From Harriotta raleighana (taxonomy: Eukaryota), in contig JBNZDD010013729.1 of assembly GCA_050575255.1 (NCBI GenBank), forward strand, positions 229,260 through 286,999: 57,740 nucleotides of DNA, read 5' to 3'. Below are positions 48,949-57,740 of the stretch, in pieces. The notes beneath the pieces are model-generated. The model saw only the letters and a list, made by a program, of their open reading frames with translations. It did not search any database and had not been told where the DNA came from. The translations under genes and the position numbers were made by a program. Numbering within the stretch: position 1 is the first letter of the stretch; each line of letters begins with the position of its first letter.

Positions 48949-50449
48949 AGCTTTGCTATGGCTCCTGGGACGCACACTTGTATACAGGAGCTCGGGAGTG
49001 TATTACGACTTGGTCAATATCCATTTCAATTAGTTTGTTTATTCTGTCACATCTGGAGCGAGTGCCAGCTTCTGTTTCCTGCACCCCAACATTAAGGCCT
49101 GAGGGGCACTATATCAACCCAAGTTGTTGTAAATCTGAATAGGGCGTGGAATTTCTTAAAATCAGGTTTAATTTAGGAGACAATTCTTTTGAAGGCACAG
49201 CTCTTTTTCTGATTTATATAGCGGCCATCACATAGAATAAAATCTCTGAGTGCTTTAGGGTGATTGAGCAAGGGAGTGGGGGTGGGAGGGAGTGGGGGTG
49301 GGAGGGAGGCGGGCGCGAAAGTGACTGAGGCATAGTCCAAAGGCAGTGCTTCAAGATTAATAAGGAGTGGGAGGGGATGAGACGCAATTCTTTGCATGAT
49401 GAACAGACTCCCGCCTACCCCACCAAACCATTCCCAATAACGAATACAGTGCAATAAGGGCTTTATGTCACGGTGGAGAATAATATAAACTAAAGCATTT
49501 AAAGCGAGTGATTGATTTAAGATTCCTCGCTCGAGGGAGCTTGTGGGCTGGCGGCAGAGGTGGCATCAGTGTCTCGTGGATTTGTGAGAGCAGCTCTGAA
49601 TTTACAGCCTCAAAGTCATCCCGTCTGTGAATGTGTAAACCCACTCCACCCCATGGAAAGAGAATGTTTTATTGATATAATGGAATTAAAGCACAGATAA
49701 CAGATTCCAGGTTGGGCGCTATGCTGTTAAAAAAATATATAGATAGCGTATTACAGTTCACATAAAAAAAGAATTAAACGCATCAGACTTTTGGAAGGCA
49801 TCCAGGAACCTGCATTCCATGCTTTATCGCTCCGTAATATCTTCCTCTACGTGATTAGTTCTGTATTGATGCTGTGTCTGACATCCCATGCAGAACACTG
49901 CCTCTCCTATTACTGAGAAAGACCTTGTGCAGCTTTCTAGACAATCATTGACTACACATACTGTACTACTCACTGCATTTACTGATTTGATTAACTGTTA
50001 CGTCACTTGAAGCCAGGCTATCAAACAAGGCTATTGACATTCAGGGGACTCATTCAGGGAGAGCAGCATTGGGTTTGTGGAGAGGGGGGAATGAAAGGGA
50101 TGGATGGGAGAAAGTGGAAATGAGTGGAGTGGTCAGGTGCCCTGCCTGATGACAAGTGCTCAGCTATCCCTTTACAAGGGAATGGATTCAAATCTGCTGT
50201 GCTGGTTGTAAACGGGGACTTGAGAGTCTAATGCTCCAATGGGGGATTGGTACACGACACTGTTCGAATGGAGAGAAGGGTTTCTCCCAATGTTCTGGAA
50301 AAAATGCTCTGGTTGTTTGTGAGGCTTTGTTTTGCTTTGTGGGCAAACTGGTGCCTTAATTTGCGTTCAAAATACACTCACAGACATTTCAATGTCATAA
50401 GGATTCGATCAAATGTCGATTATTAATATTTAACTCTTAAAGTGACGTC

Positions 50450-50790
50450 CTCCTCAGTTTTCTCCTTTCCTGACCGAGAGGACTGTTAATGGGATATGAA
50501 ATCACTGGCACCAAACTCAACCAAGTGGCTGTTCTTCATATGTGAGCGCCCACACTGTTCAACCATAGGAAGAATTGCCGCCAGGCCCAACACTTTCCTC
50601 AGCAGGTGTCCAGGCAGCCAAAACTTGGGAGCCAGTGAGAGTGGGAGCCAGTGAGTGCTCCTCTGGTTTCCACTGTCTCGAGCCGAGGGGCATTTAGGAC
50701 AATTGCGGAGCTGTCAGTTAGGCTCCAGGTACCTGAATATATTTGTGGGCATCAAACCTTCCCGGCTCATAGTTACTAACCGAGCCAGCC
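50450..50790 (-). mobile_element. AmnSINE2-like remnant (a + strand fragment follows at about 50840-50965)
   Basis: CCAAGTGGCTGTTCTTCATATGTGAGC...AGGACAATTGCGG...CTAACCGAGCCA. Confidence 0.55.
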
Positions 50791-52004
50791 TCTGGAAGTA
50801 ACTTCCTATGTCAGCTGAGAATCTCTTCCTGCTCTTGCCTCCTATAGGAAGTATGATCACCTAGGTGAGGTCCTGGGTAGATTTTGGTGTGTATAGCAGC
50901 ACCCATGGAACTGACCCCCCCCCACCCCACCAACCCCCCACAAGTATTCAACTCTTTTTGAAGAGTAGCCACTTAGAGGCTTCACTTCCCTGATGGAGGT
51001 ACATATACAGATAAACCATAGCCAAAGAGTATCACCTCAGGGCTTGATTCAGAACTCCTCTGCGTTGTCTAACCTCCTTCTTCACAAAATCACTAAAGTA
51101 ATCTCAGTCGAGAGATGGGAGGGTGTGGCGTAGAGCAACCCAGGTTCAGTACAGGTCAGAAATGCACGAGGCTCTACCCTCTATATGCACTTCAGAACCA
51201 CCTGACTCAGTTGTGACTGTGTATGTAACATAATGACTGCGCGTTTCACAGTGCAGACTGTGCCTGCATCTAACTGCACTGACCGTGTGTGTGAAACAAA
51301 CATTGTGCTCATCAAGAAGGCAAAACAGATAAAGTCTTCTAATGTGATCGCAAACAGTTGAACTCTTGGCAAAGGTCTGCCCGGGAGAAGAGATACTGGG
51401 AGGTTCCTCATCGCCGAGGAACGCTGGAAACGAACGTTTAATTCGAGCGATCATTAGAGGGTGGACGTGTCCCCTGGTACAGAAACAAAACAACTTGAAA
51501 AAGAAATTTGTGTTATTCTTGGCGAGCTCGAGTTATTAGCCCAGACATAGCAATGAAAGCATCGGTTTGATAGGCGGCTGATGGATGGCCACACGAACCC
51601 AAGTCCCGCTCCAAGAGCAGACAATGTGCTGTACCTCCACTTGCTACACGCCACCATCCCCTGGCCTGGGCCTGATTTATGCTTCCTCCGAGCGGAAGGC
51701 ATGTGAGGAGCCAACGGCTGGGAACAGGGAAGCTGAGTCTCTCTGAATAAATCTCTCTGAGAAGCCACAGCGCTATGAAGAGTCACTGCAGCCCAGGATA
51801 ACCAGCATTGCGTGCTACAAAGGCTAGCCTGGAATTCAAAGCAAGCCTTTACTCAGACAAAATACAGCCAACTCTTTTGTTCAAGACTTTTGTGTTGGAA
51901 GAATAACATCATCTAGTTCCCAAAAATCTACCAAATCTACCAAACTACATTTCTTTTTTGTGTGTGTGGGGAGGGTGTGGGGGGGCAGTTATCACAAAAA
52001 TTTT

Positions 52005-52182
52005 ACTAATAATGATTCTTGTATTTTATATCGCGCCTTATACTGTCATTGAGATGTCTTAAAAGTGCTTCACAGAATGTGCAGTAAAGCGAATTGACTT
52101 TATATTATTGTGGGCAGAACGGGGCAGCTAATTGCACACAGCGCAGTCTCACAAACAGCCATTGGATTGAGTAACCAAATTA
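52005..52182 (-). mobile_element. SINE 3' portion (older subfamily)
   Basis: GCGCCTTATACTGTC...GCTTCACAGAATG...GGCAGCTAATTGCACACAGC...GGATTGAGTAACC. Confidence 0.8.
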
Positions 52183-52487
52183 TTACTTGGGTAACCAAGA
52201 CTTAAGATTCCACCTAATCTTAGCCCTTGTATGTGAAAAGTTTAAGATTGAGCAGAATTGGGCAAAAATTCTTTCAATTCAGTCCGGATTTGGAAGCTGG
52301 ATTTCCATTTTATTAAGAAAAGAATCAGCGTCTAGCTTAAGACCGTGTTGAAAAATTCCAAATGATCTTAAATGACCTCAGATAAGAATGGTTTTACAGG
52401 GAAAGAGGCGTTGGTATTTCAGGCCAACATCAAGCACTGATGCTGAATCCAGGGCAGGAGTCAACTCAAAGCAAGTCCCCTGCTGAC

Positions 52488-52556
52488 TGTTCAGCAACTT
52501 GGGATGTCCTCCTGACATGAAGGGCATTCTATGAGTGTAATTTTGTTGTTGTTGTT
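52488..52556 (+). mobile_element. L2 3' tail
   Basis: TTCAGCAACTTGGGATGTCCTCCTGACATGAAGGGC...TGTAATT(TTG)n. Confidence 0.75.
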
Positions 52557-52688
52557 CTTTTCCGTTCACCCCATCATCCCCTCATTGCCTCGCATGGAGG
52601 GCATCATATAATGGTAGTTGTCGTTGTACAGTACAAGGACTGTAATACAAACGGGATTAACAACACTCTAGTCTACATTATAATGTTA

Positions 52689-52844
52689 TAATAATAATAA
52701 TCCTTGCATTTTGATATCATGCTTACTATTAGGAGTGTGTGTGTGGAGTAAGAAAACTTGCCCAAGGTTTCTCCCTGATCTGCCTGGATTCTAACACAGG
52801 TCTCAGGCTTGTAAGTGCGAGTGAGTGCTCTAACCACTGAGCTA
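52689..52844 (-). mobile_element. Internally deleted SINE2-1_CM-like copy
   Basis: The (ATT)n tail is joined almost directly to the tRNA-head segment; the core is absent. Confidence 0.8.
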
Positions 52845-53389
52845 TTTATAATACTTGTACTGTACGTAATAGGATTAGGATCTTCCTAAAATAAAAAACC
52901 AAGTGCTACTTTAAGAGCGAGCTTTCCCTGCAGATGGGGGCGGAGGGGGAGGGAGGGGGCGGGGGGGGGAGGGGGGTTTCCTGGGGTTTATTTCTCACTC
53001 TGCCTTAAGTGGATCACAGTAATCTGAAATGAAGAAGCATTTCCTACTCAAATCACCTCCCCCGCACCAGGAAAAGGTGTTTGTGTGATTCTTCGCTGTG
53101 GAATTTCCTCCCCGCCCCCCCCCACCACCCCACTGACGTGGAGTTTTGGCTATTCTATTTGATGCAACTCTGCCGTTGCTATTGAATCTCCTCCTTCCCA
53201 CTCCCCCCCCCCACCCCACCAGCCCCCCACCACCCCCCACCCCTAACTTCCCGGGTGGTGGGTGGGCAGTTATTTGATTACGCACGCGTAAAGAATGCGA
53301 TGCGATTCACAGTTATACAGCACCTCTCACATCGGAAGGATATCTCCAAGTGCTCACATGCACTCCCCACATACTCACAGACTCTCTCA

Positions 53390-53391
<2 letters not shown>

Positions 53392-53432
<41 letters not shown>

Positions 53433-53440
53433 ACACACAC
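53392..53440. repeat. (CA)n microsatellite
   Basis: Direct inspection; one CT interruption. Confidence 0.95.
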
Positions 53441-54202
53441 TCACAGGCGCGCGCAGAGGAACAGCATCACACCTCAGACCTACGACCCATAAGGTGAAAC
53501 CTCAAAGCCTTTGTCTCATGTCAAAATGCTCGTCATGCGGTATATAATGTTTGTTCTGTCAGGAATCATCCAGCACAGCCTCGGGAGGGTAAAATGCCTG
53601 TCAGGCAGGTGATGAATGGCTTTTTTCTTTGCACCATTTTACAGTGGAACCAAACCACTAATTTGCTCAAAGTGCACAGATCAAGGGTTCTTCAATAAAG
53701 AAGTCATTAAAGCGGGTTGGTGGCAGAGTGTGGGGCAGGACGAACGCAGTCCTGTTCGATGCCACAGCCCAGTTGCTGTCCGTCCTCGCACCCACCTTTC
53801 AGGATGTACACCGTGTCGTATCGTGTTCAACGCAGACGTCGGTCACCTTTCCGGGACGACACTTCCATGTCATTTTTTAAAATTTCCCTTTTCTCTCGGG
53901 AGCCTCCCCCTTCTCTTCCCGGCCGGCTCGGAGTCTGACACATACACAAACCCAGCTCCGTGCTGGAAGAATAAACTGAGAATTCCACGCATTCCCGTCC
54001 ACACGTGGAAATTCTAGAGGTAAGGGAGTTGGAAAGGAACGCAGTACAGCATGTGCCCCCAGGGGGGGGGACGCTTCCTGCAAACCTAAATCGGGAAGAT
54101 ATTAGGCGCAGATTGGCAAGAGACAAGGCTTGGGGACCCCGGGAGTGTGCGTTGGGGGTAATGCTGCAGTCGAACCAGTTAAAATCTCATAACTTGCAAT
54201 CG

Positions 54203-54508
54203 ATAATAATAATCCTTGAATTTGATACAGCGTCTTTTCACGTCTTCTAGGTGCCTCCAAGCGCTTCGTAGGATATACTGTAAAGTGAATTGACTGTATA
54301 TTTGTGGATGAAACAAGGCAGCCAATTGCGCACAGCAACGTCCCACCAAACAGTCACGGATTGAAAATGACCAGTGTTTTTTTTTGAGGGATTATTGTTA
54401 GGCAGGTGGAGTAACAAAATGTGCCCAAGATTTCTCCCTGCCTGGAATTGAACGCAGGTTACTTGCGTGTGAGGGGAGTGCTCTAACCACTGAGCTACAG
54501 GAGTCCAC
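54203..54508 (-). mobile_element. SINE2-1_CM-like SINE, full length
   Basis: Tail, core and head ..CTCTAACCACTGAGCTACAGGAGTCCAC. Confidence 0.92.
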
Positions 54509-54689
54509 TGAAGCACTATATCGCACTATTTTCCAGTTGCTTGTCCGGCTAGGACCACCTTACCCATGCAGGAACTTTCCCTTGCAGGGTTAACAGTCTC
54601 CTTGACCTCTGCAACACTGAATAACATGTTACGTGAAGAGGAAACTTGTTCGAGAGGTGTGTTTGTTTATTGGCCTTTCATTGCTGGAA

Positions 54690-54860
54690 TGCCAACCTTG
54701 AATCTAGCCCAAACTGGATTGAGCATCTCTTCTAACCCAACCACATACACACACACACACACACACCCATCTCCAGCAGGAGCCACTGCACTGTAGTGGG
54801 AACACTGGCTCGATTTCCTCTCCCCTCACCTCAAGCAGTCGAGCCTAATTGTGGCATCAA
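54690..54860 (-). mobile_element. AmnSINE2-like remnant
   Basis: (CA)n..TCCAGCAGGAGCCACTG...GGAACACTGGCTCGATTTCCTCTCCCC...CTAATTGTGGC. Confidence 0.5.
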
Positions 54861-54904
54861 TCCAATAGAGAATATTTAACCCACTTCCTGCTCTGCGTTG
54901 CTTG

Positions 54905-55255
54905 CAGCCACTCGCTGGATATATTTACAGGAGCAACGAGGAGTTCCAGAAACTTTTTTTTCCAGGACTGGCTGGAGTGTTGCTCTAAACACACCAACAA
55001 GGAAAAGGATGGTGATATGCACCACATGTGGGAATTGTCCGACGTGGATCCCCAGTATATATATGCATTGACACAAATTGTTCGTTCAGTTTGGCACGTC
55101 CCACCCGAATGGAAAAGACCGCTGGCATTAGTGAAGAGCGCATTCGACCCGTGGGATCTGGTCATCACAGGGGAACTTTTTTTTGCCTTCGTTGAGAGGC
55201 CGGCGTCACGGATGGCAATGCGTGGTCATGGCTAAGAAGCCCACATATCCCTTTT
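54905..55255 (+). mobile_element. Probable L1/Tx1-clade LINE ORF2 C-terminal relic
   Basis: Across frameshifts: RW.Y, KLFFPG, CCS..NKEKDGDMHHMW/NCPT and ASRMA../SWLRSPHIP, in the order of the L1 C-terminal cysteine-rich region. Confidence 0.55.
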
Positions 55256-56239
55256 GCTTAAAACTTTTGACAATAAAATATATTCTGTGCAAAAGCAGGG
55301 TCGAGTGAGTGAGCGGGGATCGAGGGGCGGAGCCGAGGCCTTGCCGGGAGGGTTTAAAAGGCCGAGGTCAGCGACTGTGTGGNGAAAGCAGGTTTTATAG
55401 CAGGAACTAAATCACAGAGCGACGTCTGGCTTCTGTGAGTTTTCTCTGGCCAAATCCCATGTGTAATTAAACTCCCTGTTCACAAGAACAACTTGTAAAA
55501 ACAATGTATTTTAAAGGCAGGGGGGTGGTGCGGGGGGGGGGGGACCAGTGTGACTAGTTTGCTTTATATTTGGGAAGAATTACAAGGCTTTGACAAGTCA
55601 AGTTCATATGTTATCTGACTGAGTGCAGACAGTGATGTATAATAAGCACATCTATAAATGTTGCTGTCTTATTCTACTGCTCTTCAGGCCCGACTATGTT
55701 TAGAAGGAGATGGTAACAGAGAGATTTGTTGAGAAAGGGCGTTCTTTCATACACTGGCTACAGCAGCAACTCTCTATCCAGCTCTCAATTAGTTTAAATC
55801 TTTTTATGAGAACAGTTCAAGGCTGATAGTCCAATACACCAACAAGCTTGAAAAATATTAGGAGAGAAAACACAAAAGGAAACAAATCTAGAAATAATAG
55901 TTAAGCAAAGTCAGGATTGTCGCTTAAAAATCTGTTGGAGGAAGGTCAGATTCTGGACGAGGGGGGTAGGTGTTTCACAGTCTTAAGGTCCTGGGAAAGA
56001 ATGTTGGTGTAGGAGATGGAGTCATGTGTCTTCATGTGAACTCAGTGAAGATGCAGAGGAGGAAGAATGTGTAGGGCAGCAAATTTGGATCTTAGGAGGA
56101 ACAAGAGAGGAATTGTCAATGGGTGCAAGTGTTTATCATTGGGTGAAAGTGTTTGTCTCCCAGTGGCAAATTCCTGAGGTAATATATCGAGCACTTTGGA
56201 CGAGTCCCAACCTAAGGATAGATCAACTGGTCTGCGATA

Positions 56240-56537
56240 CGCACAGGCTCCGACCTCCTACACGTCCATTGACTCACCCACCCCACCATTGGCAGACGAG
56301 CCTTCAGCAACTCTGCCCCCAAACTCTGGAATTCCATCCCGCAGTCCCTCTGCCTTGTCCCCTCCCTCGCTTCCTTCAGGACCCGCCTCAAGATCTCCTC
56401 TTTGACAGGCACCCCAAATCTGCCCCTTTCACTTCACCCTTCCCGTCCCTGACGCTAGCTCGGGTCTGACACATTGACTGGTCCAGCTCCTTTCTTCCTG
56501 ACGTGAAAGGCACTATACAGGTGTATTTTGTTGTTGT
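56240..56537 (+). mobile_element. L2 LINE 3' end
   Basis: PTIGRRAFSNSAPKLWNSIP..L...SLASFRTRLK-like peptide and tail GACGTGAAAGGCACTATACAG..(TTG)n. Confidence 0.85.
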
Positions 56538-57321
56538 GTGAGGGCTATTTATCTAGGCTGTGGAATACTCTGCATATGAGAGATATTATCATTATATTTG
56601 CACATTTCGTGTAGAGCTCTGGACAGAAGCTTAATTGCAAATCAGCACATAAATGTTGTAATAAATGATGAGTCGGAGAAGATAACAGACAGTGGCAATG
56701 AGTTATACACCAGCAAGGACAGAACCAGCCTCTAGATTTCAAGTGCAAAGCCAGTTCCTCTCCGCCCCTCCCGGGCTCTTGCCCGCACTCTGTGTAACCC
56801 CTCACCCTTTCATCCAAATCCTCACACTCCTTCGCCTAAACTCTTGTTGTCACAGTCAAGTTTGGTGGCTGGGGCTGTGTGCTAGGAGCTGTGGGCATGG
56901 ATATGTCCTCTGGGCTGGTCTGGCACTGCGCAGTTAAAATGATGAAGTATAATTTGACTAAAGCACAGGCTGGGAGTCTAGGTACAGCAGGAATTTAAGA
57001 CCCAACAGGTTTCACTCTCCAGATGGTCCCACTTTCTCAGAAGATGAACCCAAGGCCCACTGAGTTTGGTCAATTTCTCTGTGATAAACGAGCTCATCAA
57101 AGGGTGAAAAGTTCAGACTCTTCCCTAACCTCTTGAAGCCAGACATTTTCCCAGGCCAGGAGCAGAGTAATCAGTGAAAGGGAACAAGAGGGATGTAATC
57201 AACTCACTTCAGATCAGAAAAAACATCTCTTTTTCCCTTTCTCTCTTCTCTTTCTCTCCCCCACCCCCACCTCCCTCGCTCCCCTTTTCTGTCTCCCCTT
57301 TTGCTTTGAGCCATTACAACA

Positions 57322-57361
57322 ACGTGATAGGACGCTACGTAAAATGCAAGGATTGTTATTA
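57322..57361 (+). mobile_element. SINE tail fragment (a second lies at about 57490-57543)
   Basis: ACGTGATAGGACGCTACGTAAAATGCAAGGATTGTTATT. Confidence 0.6.
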
Positions 57362-57740
57362 ATCTCTGAAGCCTAACCAAATCACAGCAGTGATTAGGAC
57401 ATCACATTTCGGATCCTTCATCAGAACTGGCGTCAGTTCGCCTACATAACAACAATGACAGAAAAGTGCTGTGTCAAGCTTGTGAGTGAGTCAAGCACTT
57501 TGAGACATAGCTAGAGTGTATATGGCGCTATACTGTATTATTAACCACAAAATGTTTCTTATTCATTGCACTGTTGGTCAATGGATTGTCTACTAATAAG
57601 GCCCATCTTTCACCCTCTTGGAACGTTTCTCTCGTTCCCTTTATTTTAGCAACACAACTATTTGCATCGCTTCTCTGAACTTTTCTCTCATGCCTTCCCT
57701 CCCTCCTAATGGATCGTCTGGTGTGTTCCTTCTCCTCCTT

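Noticed and set aside
53616-54180. CpG-enriched region with several overlapping ORFs as an exon or CpG-island promoter
   Set aside because: No consistent splice-site pair, no recognisable peptide and no convincing core promoter motifs.
1-57543. SINE strand bias (13 minus vs 6 plus) as evidence of host-gene orientation
   Set aside because: Two-sided binomial p is about 0.17; not significant.
1-57740. The many 60-157 aa ORFs in the six-frame track as host genes
   Set aside because: Most start at non-ATG codons, overlap repeats or low-complexity DNA, and show no recognisable domain. The only protein-like ones are LINE remnants.

Overview
Vertebrate, non-coding, repeat-rich genomic DNA. The repeat repertoire points to a cartilaginous fish, most likely the chimaera/elephant shark Callorhinchus milii; this is inferred from recalled repeat families, not from a database hit. 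I found no credible protein-coding exon. The only ORFs with recognisable protein are decayed retrotransposon fragments: L2 and CR1 ORF2 C-termini, plus one probable L1/Tx1-clade relic. The window holds about 19 copies or fragments of a tRNA-derived SINE with an L2-type 3' tail (SINE2-1_CM-like, apparently two subfamilies) and about 14 remnants of an older tRNA-derived SINE (AmnSINE2-like). It also has Deu-domain SINE remnants, many L2/CR1 3' ends, a few DNA-transposon-like inverted-repeat elements, microsatellites and G/C tracts. There is one 142-bp gap, and six short duplications around single Ns that look like contig-overlap artefacts. Between repeats lie several unique AT-rich blocks dense in homeodomain, PBX-HOX, MEIS and SOX-POU motifs, plus a perfect DR5 retinoic-acid element and a strong CTCF site. 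This suggests a large intron or gene desert of a developmental regulator. I cannot support a genuinely new biological system from sequence alone. The best leads are a 658-bp element with 67-bp terminal inverted repeats (28947-29604), the candidate enhancer archipelago, the L1-like relic and a possibly collapsed young insertion at 55.3 kb.
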